Part shown: one piece after another, positions 34,913-44,529 of the stretch
Layout: every line of letters starts with the position of its first letter
Numbering within the stretch: the stretch's first letter is position 1
NCBI GenBank assembly: GCA_041751355.1
Contig: JBGSXN010000044.1
Span: 127-64,126 of the forward strand
DNA length: 64,000 bases
Direction: 5' to 3'
Origin: Pyrinomonadaceae bacterium
GTDB taxonomy: Bacteria > Acidobacteriota > Blastocatellia > Pyrinomonadales > Pyrinomonadaceae
Notes under the pieces: generated by a model
The model's input: only the letters and a program-made list of their open reading frames with translations
The model's database searches: none
Told to the model about the DNA's origin: nothing
Program-made: the position numbers and the translations under genes

Positions 34913-37156
34913 ATGAAAGCTGCGCTTCAGTCACTAATTCTTGTCTTAGGTATCACCCTTACCGTCGGTGGCCAAAGTCCGTCTACTCAACTAGAACTGA
35001 ATATGGGCTTTGAGAAAATATCCGACGGTGCAAAGCTGCCTGATAGGTGGTCACCGATGGGCAGCGGATACTTGCTGACGGTCGACTCGGATGTAAAGAG
35101 GAACGGACTTGTGTCTATGCGGATCGAACCGCCCGCCTCTGGCGGGGCCGGATTTGGGGCGGTGGCATACACAATCCCATCCGGCTTCGATGGTAAGGAG
35201 ATCGAGCTAAGGGGCTTCCTGAAACTTCAGGACGTCTCGGACGGATTCGCCGGCCTCTGGCTTAGGATCGATGCCGAGGGTCGTGCGTTGCAATTCGACA
35301 ATATGCAGTCGAGAATGATCAGTGGCACATCCGACTGGACCGCATATTCGGTCAAACTCCCCCTTCCCGCCGAGGGCCAATCTATCGTGTTCGGTGCTCT
35401 TCTCACAGGTAAAGGGAAGATTTGGGTCGATGATCTGGAGCTCCTGATCGACGGCAAGGAACTTAAGGACGCCAAAACCCGTCCGCCGATCGTTTACAAG
35501 GCCGCCATCGACAAGCAGTTTGACGCCGGTTCAACTATCTCGGCCATCGAGTTGAACAGATCGCGGATCGACGATCTTGCATTTCTGGGCAAAGTTTGGG
35601 GTTTTCTAAAATATCACCATCCGGCTATCGGAAAAGGCGAGCATAACTGGGATTATGAACTGTTCAGAATTCTTCCAAAGGTAATGGCTGCGAAAGGACG
35701 TGAGGAAAGGGATTCCGCACTCACAGCATGGATAGACAGCCTCGGGCCGGTCGAAGAAGCTAAGTCGGAAAGCGTGATAGCGGAGAAGATCAAGCTTTAC
35801 CCCGACCTGTCGTGGATAGACGGCAAACAAATTGGCCCCGCTCTTGCTCAACGACTGAAAAAGATAAGCCAAGCCAAACGAGACAGCAGCAAACATTACT
35901 ATATTGGTTTCGCACCGGGCGTCGGCAACCCGCAATTTAAGAATGAGAATGCCTACAGATCGATGCCGTTTCCGGATACGGGTTTTCGCCTGTTAAGTTT
36001 GTTTCGCTATTGGAACGTCATCCAGTACTACTTTCCGAACCGGCATCTAGTCGATTCCAAATGGGATTCTGTTTTGACCGACTACATTCCCCGGTTCGTC
36101 AAAGCCCGAGACGAACTCGAGTACAAAAAGGCCGCCCTTGGACTCATCGGTAGCATCCACGACACGCACGCAAATATATGGGGTCAGGATGTTACGCTCG
36201 ATAAGTTTAGAGGTTTGAATTATGCCCCTTTGGGCGTTACGTTCATTGAGGAGCAAGCCGTGGTAACAAAGGTCTGGGACGAGGCCCTCGCCAAATCCTC
36301 GGGCCTTCAGATCGGTGACATAATCGAAAAGATCAACGGGAAAACAGTGCCCGAGATCGTAAAACAGCGGCTGGAAGTTACGCCCGCTTCGAATTACCCA
36401 ACCAAACTCCGCGACATCGCTCTAAATCTGCTTCGCACTAACGAGACTTCGATGAACATCGCATACAAGCGTGGGAAGCAGAAAAATGAAGTTAAGGTGG
36501 ATTGCTTCGGCTCGGACAAGGTCAAGGCAAGCCTCGGGGCATTGTTCAGTAAAGACATCCAACCGCTGAAAATGCCACGGCCCGATGTTGCCTATCTCTA
36601 CCCTGGCTCTTTGAAACCGGGACAGATCGGAGGAATGCTGCCCGACATCGCGAAAACTAAGGGGCTTATAGTGGACCTGCGTTCGTACCCGAGCGATTTT
36701 ATCGTATTCAGCCTTGGAAGCTTTCTGATGCCGAAGCCGACGAAGTTCGTAAAGTTTTCGCAGGGGAGCTTAGCGATGCCGGGCCTCTTTACCTACACCG
36801 ACGACGTGGCAGTCGGAACCGACAACCCGGACCACTACAAAGGCAAAGTCGTGATCCTGATAAATGAGGTCACCCAAAGCCAGGCGGAATACACGGCCAT
36901 GGCGCTTCGCACCGCCCCGCGTGCGACGGTTATCGGTAGCACGACATCCGGTGCGGATGGCAACGTGTCACCTTTCTCTCTCCCGGGCGGTATAAGCACG
37001 ATGATCAGCGGGATTGGTGTTTATTACCCGGACGGCAAGGAGACGCAGAGGATAGGAATTATTCCTGACATCGTGGTCAAACCTACCATCAAGGGGATCA
37101 GAGAAGGAAGAGACGAATTGGTCGAGAAGGCATTAGAGATAATCAACGCAAACTAA
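34913..37156 (+). CDS. secreted S41 family peptidase (tail-specific protease-like) with PDZ domain
   Basis: Has a signal peptide, a PDZ-like segment (GLQIGDIIEKINGKTV), and S41 core context (VVILINEVTQSQAEYTAMAL...VIGSTTSGADGN). Confidence 0.8.
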   Translation: MKAALQSLILVLGITLTVGGQSPSTQLELNMGFEKISDGAKLPDRWSPMGSGYLLTVDSDVKRNGLVSMRIEPPASGGAGFGAVAYTIPSGFDGKEIELRGFLKLQDVSDGFAGLWLRIDAEGRALQFDNMQSRMISGTSDWTAYSVKLPLPAEGQSIVFGALLTGKGKIWVDDLELLIDGKELKDAKTRPPIVYKAAIDKQFDAGSTISAIELNRSRIDDLAFLGKVWGFLKYHHPAIGKGEHNWDYELFRILPKVMAAKGREERDSALTAWIDSLGPVEEAKSESVIAEKIKLYPDLSWIDGKQIGPALAQRLKKISQAKRDSSKHYYIGFAPGVGNPQFKNENAYRSMPFPDTGFRLLSLFRYWNVIQYYFPNRHLVDSKWDSVLTDYIPRFVKARDELEYKKAALGLIGSIHDTHANIWGQDVTLDKFRGLNYAPLGVTFIEEQAVVTKVWDEALAKSSGLQIGDIIEKINGKTVPEIVKQRLEVTPASNYPTKLRDIALNLLRTNETSMNIAYKRGKQKNEVKVDCFGSDKVKASLGALFSKDIQPLKMPRPDVAYLYPGSLKPGQIGGMLPDIAKTKGLIVDLRSYPSDFIVFSLGSFLMPKPTKFVKFSQGSLAMPGLFTYTDDVAVGTDNPDHYKGKVVILINEVTQSQAEYTAMALRTAPRATVIGSTTSGADGNVSPFSLPGGISTMISGIGVYYPDGKETQRIGIIPDIVVKPTIKGIREGRDELVEKALEIINAN

Positions 37157-37191
37157 GCGCAGAGCGTTGTACCGAGAAGCAATTTCACAGA

Positions 37192-37214
37192 AGGGGCTGA
37201 GAAAGCCCCTTTTC
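37192..37214 (+). terminator. rho-independent terminator (between convergent S41 peptidase and fadA)
   Basis: AGGGGCT-GAGAA-AGCCCCT followed by TTTCGTT. Confidence 0.6.
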
Positions 37215-37234
37215 GTTAGTTACTGCAAACGACC

Positions 37235-38413
37235 TCAGTCGATCCGCTCGAAGATCCCCGCCGCGCCCATGCCGCCGCCGACACACATCGTGACCATGCC
37301 GTAGCGGGCATTACGGCGTTTCAGTTCCTGCAAAACAGTCGCGGTCAATTTTGCTCCCGTGCAGCCGAGCGGATGGCCGAGGGCTACCGCACCGCCGTTG
37401 ACGTTGACCTTTGACGGGTCCATTTCCAGCAGTTTCATTACTGACAGCCCCTGCGCAGCGAAGGCTTCGTTGAGCTCGATCACGTCGATCTGGTCGAGCG
37501 TCAGGCCCGCGAGTTTTAGAGCTTTAGGTATTGCATAAACCGGCCCGATGCCCATTTCCTCGGGCAGGCAGCCGGCGGTTGCGAACGAGACGAAGCGTGC
37601 CATCGGCTTGATGTCGAGTTCGGCGGCCTTGTCGGCGGACATCACTACGGCTGCTGCGGCTCCGTCGGACATTTGCGAAGAGTTTCCGGCGGTGACGGTT
37701 CCGCTAGCGTGAAAAACAGCTCTAAGCTTCGCCAGTCCTTCGAGCGATGTGTCCGCACGCGGGCCTTCGTCCTGGGCGAAGACGATCTCTTTACGGCGGA
37801 CTCGGCCTTTTTCGTCGAGTTCATCGACATAGACATTCATCGGTACTATCTCGTCGGTGAATTTGCCTTCCTTGATCGCGGCGAGGGCTTTCATGTGCGA
37901 ATTGTATGAAAATTCGTCAGCCTGCTCGCGGGTGATCTCGTATTTGCGTGCGAGATTCTCGGCCGTCAGGCCCATGTTCAGGTAGTAATCGGGATACGAG
38001 TCCGCGAGCCGCGGGTTTGGGCGAAACGTGTTTCCGCCCATCGGGATCACGGTCATCGATTCGAGCCCGCCCGCGACGATAGCATCCGCACCGCCGATCA
38101 TCACACGCTCGGCCGCCATCGCGATCGTCTGCAAACCCGACGAGCAATATCTATTCACCGTCATCGCCGAAGCCTCGATCGGCAATCCGGCGAGTATCGA
38201 CGCAGTCCGAGCAACGTTCATCCCTTGCTCCGCCTCCGGAAAAGCGCAGCCCATGATCACGTCATCGATCAGCGACGCATCTACGCCCGCTCGAGCCACA
38301 GCCTCTTTGATCGCCGTCGCCCCAAGCTCGTCCGAACGCGTATTACGCAACGTGCCCTTCGGCGCCTTACCCACAGCCGTTCGCACGGCCGATACTATTA
38401 CTGCTTCTTTCAT
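37235..38413 (-). CDS. fadA: acetyl-CoA C-acyltransferase (thiolase)
   Basis: [10 protein letters not shown] (active-site Cys), [25 protein letters not shown]. The protein is 392 aa. Confidence 0.92.
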   Translation of the reverse strand: MKEAVIVSAVRTAVGKAPKGTLRNTRSDELGATAIKEAVARAGVDASLIDDVIMGCAFPEAEQGMNVARTASILAGLPIEASAMTVNRYCSSGLQTIAMAAERVMIGGADAIVAGGLESMTVIPMGGNTFRPNPRLADSYPDYYLNMGLTAENLARKYEITREQADEFSYNSHMKALAAIKEGKFTDEIVPMNVYVDELDEKGRVRRKEIVFAQDEGPRADTSLEGLAKLRAVFHASGTVTAGNSSQMSDGAAAAVVMSADKAAELDIKPMARFVSFATAGCLPEEMGIGPVYAIPKALKLAGLTLDQIDVIELNEAFAAQGLSVMKLLEMDPSKVNVNGGAVALGHPLGCTGAKLTATVLQELKRRNARYGMVTMCVGGGMGAAGIFERID

Positions 38414-38430
38414 ATATTTCCACCTGATTC

Positions 38431-38952
38431 CTATAACGTTCCGCCGAGGATCTCCCTGAACCGCTGAAGGATCACATCCCTGAGCCTGTCCATTTCTTGC
38501 GTGGCTTCGCGAATATTTTCCGCCATCTCAAAAACTGCTCTGGGCAGAGGTCCGGTGGTGACCATCGACTCTCGGGCGTCATCGTCGTCCGATGCTCTGA
38601 TAATTTCAGTATAATTGAGCACGGCTTTTAGATATTCGTTCGACAATTGCCGATCCTCTTCCTCCAGAAACAATTGCTTTTTCAAGATAAGTGCATTCGT
38701 TTCGCGTAACAAAACTTGAAATCCAGCCCTGTCCACATCTTCAGTTCGTAGCCTAACGTGAACATCTTCAAGCTTTTCCCAAAGGGCCTTGTAAGCTGCC
38801 TGCTTCTCGTTCAGAAAATCAGCACGCCTATTGCTGTCGTTCTGTTTTTTCCACTGCCGATAGCCAAGATATGCAACTGTGAGCGTTCCCGACAGGGCTA
38901 TGAGAGCGGCGATTATCGCACTGTCAAAAAACATGACCAAGCTCTCGAACAT
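38431..38952 (-). CDS. membrane-anchored coiled-coil hypothetical protein
   Basis: One N-terminal TM helix ([20 protein letters not shown]) followed by helical, charged sequence. Confidence 0.5.
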   Translation of the reverse strand: MFESLVMFFDSAIIAALIALSGTLTVAYLGYRQWKKQNDSNRRADFLNEKQAAYKALWEKLEDVHVRLRTEDVDRAGFQVLLRETNALILKKQLFLEEEDRQLSNEYLKAVLNYTEIIRASDDDDARESMVTTGPLPRAVFEMAENIREATQEMDRLRDVILQRFREILGGTL

Positions 38953-38962
38953 ATGAAAAATA

Positions 38963-39490
38963 CTACACCATCTCCGCCTTCCGCTTAATCGTTTTCAACA
39001 TCTCCATCCTTATCAAACCGCTAAATGGCTGGACAAATGTCCAGTAAAATCCAAAGCTCCTGTGGCTGCCTTCGTCAAGGCATTTGATACGGGTTTCTGT
39101 CGTGAGCCGGGTAGCTTCACCCTCAGTGCCGTCAGCATCGAGCGAAAAATTCCAAACCGCCTTTGCATAGCCGCTCTTGTCGAACGCCTTGAAGTTCTCG
39201 GCGTTCACATCCTGCAGATCGCCCCACGGCGTCCAGAATTTTCCGGCCAGGCCGATCAGCAACTCCCTTGCGGGCCTCTCGCCGAGGATCCGAAATTTGG
39301 AATAACGCAAATTTCGAAGAGTCAAAGCATCGGCCGACATCCCGCGTAGCGTTAAGAGCGTTCTTACGATCCACGATTCACCAAAATTCGCATCCTTTGC
39401 CGCTTCATAAACCGTTGTGGCATCGGCGTTGATTGCTATCGAGTGCTTTTCCTCAAAATCGAATTCAGATAAAAATTCGTCTATCAGCAT
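38963..39490 (-). CDS. hypothetical protein (possibly SRPBCC/DUF2867-like)
   Basis: The ORF is 175 aa with coding-like composition. The fold assignment is a weak guess. Confidence 0.4.
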   Translation of the reverse strand: MLIDEFLSEFDFEEKHSIAINADATTVYEAAKDANFGESWIVRTLLTLRGMSADALTLRNLRYSKFRILGERPARELLIGLAGKFWTPWGDLQDVNAENFKAFDKSGYAKAVWNFSLDADGTEGEATRLTTETRIKCLDEGSHRSFGFYWTFVQPFSGLIRMEMLKTIKRKAEMV

Positions 39491-39562
39491 TTAGATCATT
39501 CGATCTTTTTGAAGACTTGGCAAACGGCCTGTTTCAACAGTCTTCCCGCGTTTCGCGGCACT

Positions 39563-39720
39563 TAGCCACGTCGTTTACGGCGTGGTTCGATCCCAGCAAT
39601 TTAACAAAAGGGCGTTTTAACGTCCTTCTGGCTCCAGGCTTAAGCCGCGATTCTATAAGCCCGTTAAAACGGGCTCCCGATCAAATTTCCAACCTGACCA
39701 CCCCGTAAACGACGTGGCTA
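39563..39720. repeat. 158-nt nested inverted-repeat (MITE/REP-like) element
   Basis: The terminal arms TAGCCACGTCGTTTACGGCGTGGT (39563-39586) and ACCACCCCGTAAACGACGTGGCTA (39697-39720) are complementary at 23/24 positions. An inner inverted repeat is CGTTTTAACG (39613-39622) / CGTTAAAACG (39662-39671). An inner hairpin is AGCCCG-TTAAAA-CGGGCT (39658-39675). Confidence 0.8.
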
Positions 39721-39751
39721 TTTGCCCTACGGGTAAGCCTCGAGATCCAGG

Positions 39752-40237
39752 CTAAGTTTCGATCCCGACTGCAACCTCTTCAATTTTCAATATCATCCGC
39801 AAAACGCTCGGCTCGATCTCAACCAAAAACCCCCGCTTGCCGCCGTTAATAAATATCTTGTCGAGATCAAAAATGCTCGCCTCAACATACACCGGCATCG
39901 CCGTTCGCGTACCGAATGGCGATGTGCCGCCGACAAGATAGCCTGTCAATTTCGATGCTTTTTCGGGCGTCGCCGGTCCTACTGATTTCACGCCGAGAAA
40001 CCGCGCCAGATTCTTTGCCGAAACCTCGCGATCACCGTGCATCAGCACGATCAGCGGCTTTTTATCATTCGTTTCAAAGACCAACGTCTTCACGACCGCG
40101 TGAATATCCACGCCTAATTGCTTGGCCGATTCCCTTGCCCCGCCTTTTTCGACGTAATCATAAAGCCGCGGCACAAACTCAACCATTTTCTCTCTCAAAA
40201 ACCGCACTGCCTGAGTTATCGGAATATCTATCGCCAT
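39752..40237 (-). CDS. ybaK: Cys-tRNA(Pro)/Cys-tRNA(Cys) deacylase YbaK
   Basis: TQAVRFL...KTLVFETNDKKPLIVLMHGDREVSAKNLARFLG...TGYLVGGTSPFG. Confidence 0.85.
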   Translation of the reverse strand: MAIDIPITQAVRFLREKMVEFVPRLYDYVEKGGARESAKQLGVDIHAVVKTLVFETNDKKPLIVLMHGDREVSAKNLARFLGVKSVGPATPEKASKLTGYLVGGTSPFGTRTAMPVYVEASIFDLDKIFINGGKRGFLVEIEPSVLRMILKIEEVAVGIET

Positions 40238-40239
40238 TT

Positions 40240-40306
40240 CTCTGCGTCCTTTGCGATCTCTGCGTTCAAAATGAATCTTAACGCGGAGACCGCTGAGCTC
40301 GCAGAG
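40240..40306. repeat. 67-nt imperfect hairpin with about 9-nt periodic arms, filling the tag-ybaK gap
   Basis: The arms are CTCTGCGTCCTTTGCGATCTCTGCGTT (40240-40266) and AACGCGGAGACCGCTGAGCTCGCAGAG (40280-40306), complementary at 20/27 positions, with a 13-nt loop. It starts 1 nt after the tag stop and ends 3 nt before the ybaK start on the transcribed strand. Confidence 0.75.
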
Positions 40307-40867
40307 CTATTTCGAGATCTCCTTATACCGAAAACACGCCACAACGTGATCATTCACCATTCCGGTCGCCTGCATAAACGCATACATGATAGTCGAGCCG
40401 ACAAAGTTAAATCCACGCTTTTTCAGGTCTTTCGATAAAGCGTCCGAAACCTCGGTCGTGGCCGGCACATCCGACATCTGTTTTCGCCTGCCGTCGACGG
40501 GCTTGCCATCCACAAATCGCCAGATATACGAATCGAAAGAACCGAATTCATTCTGCACCTCGATAAATGCACGAGCGTTTGCAATGGCTGAGGCTATCTT
40601 GAGCCGGTTGCGAACGATGCCTGCGTTCTCGAGCAGTTCCGACCTTTTCGCTTCGTCGTAGCGGGCGACCTTCGCGGGGTCAAATCCGCCGAAGGCCTCC
40701 CGGTACGCATCGCGCTTTCGCAGGATCGTGTCCCAACTCAGCCCTGCCTGTGCGCCTTCTAAGACCAGGAATTCAAATAAACGTCTATCGTCATGCACGG
40801 GCACACCCCACTCGGTGTCGTGGTATGGGATGTTCAATTCGTTTGATGCCCAGCCGCAGCGGTTCAT
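40307..40867 (-). CDS. tag: DNA-3-methyladenine glycosylase I
   Basis: RCGWA....Y.YHD.EWGVPVHDDR.LFE.L.LEGAQAGLSW.TIL.KR..YR.AF. Confidence 0.9.
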   Translation of the reverse strand: MNRCGWASNELNIPYHDTEWGVPVHDDRRLFEFLVLEGAQAGLSWDTILRKRDAYREAFGGFDPAKVARYDEAKRSELLENAGIVRNRLKIASAIANARAFIEVQNEFGSFDSYIWRFVDGKPVDGRRKQMSDVPATTEVSDALSKDLKKRGFNFVGSTIMYAFMQATGMVNDHVVACFRYKEISK

Positions 40868-41307
40868 TTCTCGATCTTGTAGACCTTCATAAAGCAGACG
40901 CCTTGGCCCCCGGGTGCCGCGGGAGCGACGCTCAACTTTCCGGTGAGCTTCAGCTTGTCCGTGCCGAACGCCACCAGACTGCCGTCATTATCGCGAACCT
41001 TAAGGTCTTCCTTTTTGAATCCTTTCTGGATCTCGTCAACCGTATTTGCACCGCTGCCCACCTCGATGTCAGCGCTAAATTTCTTGTCGCTTCCAGCGGC
41101 TTGCAAAAGATCAAACGGGCACTCCATTCGGCCGCTTCGGTTCGAACAATAAACCATCGTCCGGGGCTCAAGCACGCCGCTTACTTCAAGCGTTCTGCCG
41201 TCGTTTTCCAGGCTGCACGCGTTCGCAAATTCGGTTGGGATGCCGCTTGTGTTACACGCCGCAGCTAAGATCGATAACGAATATATTAAGATAAAGGACC
41301 GTCTCAT
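40864..41307 (-). CDS. lipoprotein, unknown function
   Basis: I prefer the ATG at 41305-41307 (MRRSFILIYSLSILAAAC, a lipobox). The stop overlaps the tag start (ATGA). Confidence 0.5.
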   Translation of the reverse strand: MRRSFILIYSLSILAAACNTSGIPTEFANACSLENDGRTLEVSGVLEPRTMVYCSNRSGRMECPFDLLQAAGSDKKFSADIEVGSGANTVDEIQKGFKKEDLKVRDNDGSLVAFGTDKLKLTGKLSVAPAAPGGQGVCFMKVYKIEK

Positions 41308-41317
41308 ATTCCTAACG

Positions 41318-41899
41318 TCATTCACCCCCATCGGCGGGCGGTTCTGAACTCGGAAATCCGTTCGCATCTATCACACGCTTTGCCTGGCGGATGTGCCGTT
41401 TCGTATGTTCGACTAAAACCGTATAAGCATCGTCTAGCGTATACGTAAATACAGCTAGGAACGGCGATGTGACCACAGTCTTTTCGCGATCGGCGCCTTC
41501 ACACGCCGAAACCTTGCTGTTTACCTCGGCAATATGCGAGGCAAAGCGGTCAACGATATCTGCCTCGACGTCGCTTGGCGGCACGATCGCCAGTGAAGGC
41601 GCTTTAGCTTTTTTCGAATCTTCGGAAACAGCTTTGATCAAAAAGCGGCCAAAGAATCCGGAAAGCGGCGACCAGTTTTCGATGAACGAATTCTTTCGAT
41701 TGCCCGATGCAAGCTCTTCAAACTCCGGATAAAACTGCTCGTTGGTCTTTATCAAATGATCGAGACACTGCGCGATGCTCCAGCTTTTCTCGCCGGGTTT
41801 CCAGTTCAACTGATCGGAACTCAATCCGCCGAATGTCGCCCGAGCATCATCGGCGACTTTTTGCATTTCAGAAGTGATGTAGCCTATTCGCTCATCCAT
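41318..41899 (-). CDS. DinB family (DinB_2) metal-dependent protein
   Basis: WSIAQCLDHLIKTNEQF...VEHTKRHIRQA is the DinB four-helix pattern. Confidence 0.7.
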   Translation of the reverse strand: MDERIGYITSEMQKVADDARATFGGLSSDQLNWKPGEKSWSIAQCLDHLIKTNEQFYPEFEELASGNRKNSFIENWSPLSGFFGRFLIKAVSEDSKKAKAPSLAIVPPSDVEADIVDRFASHIAEVNSKVSACEGADREKTVVTSPFLAVFTYTLDDAYTVLVEHTKRHIRQAKRVIDANGFPSSEPPADGGE

Positions 41900-41908
41900 A
41901 CGTCTGAG

Positions 41909-44314
41909 TTAGTTTCGAAGCGGCTTGCCTGTTTTTAACATAGCCGCGATACGCTCCTGTGTTTTTCTTTCTCCGCAGAGCGATACGAATGCCTCGCGTT
42001 CGAGGTCGAGCAGGTAACGCTCGGAAACCTGCGTTTTGTGATTGATGGTGCCGCCGGCCATTACATGTGCCAGCTTTTGGCCGATCTTCTGATCGTGATC
42101 GGAAATATAGCCGCCCTGTTTCATCATATGCAGAGCGAGCTTTAACGCTGCCTCCAGCGATTCGCCCAGTACGGTGATATCGGTCCGCTCGACCGGTTGG
42201 ACGTAGCCGGCGGTGTCAAGATTCAGGACCTCCTGCTTGGCGTCCTGGATCAGGCGATCTCCGTTCATCGATATCGAATCACTTTCACGCAGAAATCCAA
42301 ACGCACGGCCTTCCTGAGCAGAGGTCGCAACCTTGCCCATTCCGATCGTCTCGAACGTTTTCTTTAGGAACGCCAGCGGGTCGGCATCGGGGGCTTTTGC
42401 AGCGGCATCCATGGCACGCATTGTCATTTCCTTGGTACCGCCGCCCGCCGGGATAACGCCAACGCCGACCTCGACGAGGCCAATATAAGTCTCGCCCGCA
42501 GCACGCACCTTATCGCCGTGAATCGCGATCTCGCAGCCGCCACCGAGGGTAAGGCCGTAAGGTGCCGTTACGACCGGCTTTGCCGAGTAACGCAGCCTCA
42601 TCACCGCTTTTTGCAGGGCCGCGACCATCATATTGATGTCGTCCCATTCCTCTTCCTGGGCCGCGAGCAGGAGCATCATGATATTGGCGCCGGCCGAAAA
42701 ATTTCCCCCTTGATTGCCAACTACGAGGCCTTTGAAGTTTCGCTCGACCTCGTCGATAGCAAAATTCATCATGGGAACCGTATCGCCGCCGATCGAATTC
42801 ATTTTCGAATGAAATTCGAGGCATGCAACGCCATCGCCGATGTCGATCAGCGAGGCACCTGGGTTTGATTTGATAACGCCAGTGCGTTCTTTCACGCTCT
42901 TTAGCATGATCACGCCGGGGCGGTCGGGCATCGGCTTGTATTCGCCCGCAATGAGGTCGTAGAAAGAACGATCGCCGCTCTCATTTTTATAGAAGCTCGT
43001 TGCGCCTGCCGCAAGCATCTTTTCGACACTCGCGGGTACAGCCTGACCCTCCTTTTGCATCCGTTCGACCGACTCTGCGAGGCCCACCGCGTCCCACGTC
43101 TCAAAAACACCGATCTCCCATCCGAAACCCCACTTGATCGCGTTGTCGATCTCGACGATCGTATCGGCGATCTCGGGAATACGATTAGCCGCATAGCGAA
43201 AAGTGCGCGACATCGTATTCCAAAGGAACTCGCCCACACGGTCCTCGCCCCAGACGAGCTGTTTTATGCGCTTTTCCTTGTCGTCGATCTGCTTTGCCGT
43301 ATCGAGCGATGGGAATTTGGATTTCTGCTGCGGCTTGTATTCAAACGTTTCGAGGTCAAGCTCGAGGATCTGTCGGTTGCCTTCGGCATCCTTTGATTTC
43401 TTATAAAAGCCGCGCTTGGTCTTGTCGCCGAGCAGCTTCTTCTCGAGCATTTTCTCAATAACTTCAGGCACCTTAAAAACATCGCGGTCCTCATCATCGG
43501 GTACCGCCGGATAGAGGTTCTTATTTACATGGGCGAGGACATCAAGCCCAACGAGATCCGAGGTACGAAAGGTCGCGGATGACGCGTGGCCGATCGCCTT
43601 GCCGGTCATCTGGTCGATCTCGGTCGGCGTAAAGCCCATCCTGATCATCTCGTGAACGGTCGCCATCATGGCAAACGTCCCGATCCGGTTTGCAATAAAA
43701 TTCGGCCGGTCCTTTGCCGGCACAACGCCTTTCCCGAGCCGCTGGTCGAGGAAACCCGCGATCTTACAGGCCACCTCGCCACTGGTTTTCGTGCCCGGGA
43801 TTATCTCAACGAGTTTCATGTACCGCGGCGGGTTAAAGAAGTGGATGCCGAGAAAATGCTGCTTGAAATCGTCCGAGAAAGGCTCAGCGATCGAGTCGAT
43901 CGTTATGCCGCTCGTGTTCGACGCGATCACGGCCCCGGGTTTACGGTTCTTTTCGACCTCGGCAAAGATCTTGTGCTTGATGTCGACGTTTTCGACCACG
44001 GCCTCGATGACCAGATCGCAATCCTTTAACTTCGCCATGTCGTCGGTGAAGTTGCCGGTCGAAATAAGCTTGGCATTATCGCCCAGCATAAACGGCGCGG
44101 GCCGCAGCTTTTTAGCAGCGTCGAAAAGTGAATTGACGATCCGGTTCCGAACAGCCTGCGACTCAAGTGTCAGGCCCTTTTTCTCTTCTTCATGGGTTAG
44201 TTCATTAGGTGCGATGTCGAGCAAAAGGGTCGGAATTCCTGCATTTGACAGATGCGCGGCGATACCGGCACCCATAGTTCCGGCTCCCAAAACGGCGGCT
44301 TTAGTAATATTCAT
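41909..44314 (-). CDS. fadN: bifunctional 3-hydroxyacyl-CoA dehydrogenase / enoyl-CoA hydratase (FadN type)
   Basis: N-terminal Rossmann motif VLGAGTMGAGIA, with a C-terminal crotonase domain (NFSAGANI...APYGLTLGGGCE). I take the ATG at 44312-44314, because the track start (44320) is TTG. Confidence 0.9.
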   Translation of the reverse strand: MNITKAAVLGAGTMGAGIAAHLSNAGIPTLLLDIAPNELTHEEEKKGLTLESQAVRNRIVNSLFDAAKKLRPAPFMLGDNAKLISTGNFTDDMAKLKDCDLVIEAVVENVDIKHKIFAEVEKNRKPGAVIASNTSGITIDSIAEPFSDDFKQHFLGIHFFNPPRYMKLVEIIPGTKTSGEVACKIAGFLDQRLGKGVVPAKDRPNFIANRIGTFAMMATVHEMIRMGFTPTEIDQMTGKAIGHASSATFRTSDLVGLDVLAHVNKNLYPAVPDDEDRDVFKVPEVIEKMLEKKLLGDKTKRGFYKKSKDAEGNRQILELDLETFEYKPQQKSKFPSLDTAKQIDDKEKRIKQLVWGEDRVGEFLWNTMSRTFRYAANRIPEIADTIVEIDNAIKWGFGWEIGVFETWDAVGLAESVERMQKEGQAVPASVEKMLAAGATSFYKNESGDRSFYDLIAGEYKPMPDRPGVIMLKSVKERTGVIKSNPGASLIDIGDGVACLEFHSKMNSIGGDTVPMMNFAIDEVERNFKGLVVGNQGGNFSAGANIMMLLLAAQEEEWDDINMMVAALQKAVMRLRYSAKPVVTAPYGLTLGGGCEIAIHGDKVRAAGETYIGLVEVGVGVIPAGGGTKEMTMRAMDAAAKAPDADPLAFLKKTFETIGMGKVATSAQEGRAFGFLRESDSISMNGDRLIQDAKQEVLNLDTAGYVQPVERTDITVLGESLEAALKLALHMMKQGGYISDHDQKIGQKLAHVMAGGTINHKTQVSERYLLDLEREAFVSLCGERKTQERIAAMLKTGKPLRN

Positions 44315-44345
44315 ATTCAATATCTAGGCAATAAAATATGGGGCG

Positions 44346-44375
44346 ATTATAACTGAATGAGCATTCATTCAGCAA
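44346..44375 (-). promoter_or_regulatory. fadN promoter with embedded palindromic operator (same box as fadE)
   Basis: On the coding strand: TTGCTG (44370-44375), an 18-nt spacer, then TATAAT (44346-44351). The spacer holds the palindrome CTGAATGA-GCAT-TCATTCAG (44353-44372). Confidence 0.6.
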
Positions 44376-44529
44376 GTCTTCTATTATGGGTTTGCTCAGT
44401 TTGCCAGAAAGGTATGGCACATTACGGAGTAAAATTGGCGAGTGAACGAAAATGTCGGTAACCGAGCAGTATTGTAAGTGTCGCCGGGTAAGCTCGGAAT
44501 ATGCGTTATCGGTGGACACATAGTAGGAG

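Noticed and set aside
44405-44425. TGGCAC at 44407 as another sigma-54 promoter (upstream of the TPR gene).
   Set aside because: The -12 position reads GGAG rather than TTGC. Other TGGCAC occurrences (e.g. 5664, 18773, 19182, 35323) lie inside genes or also lack a -12 element.
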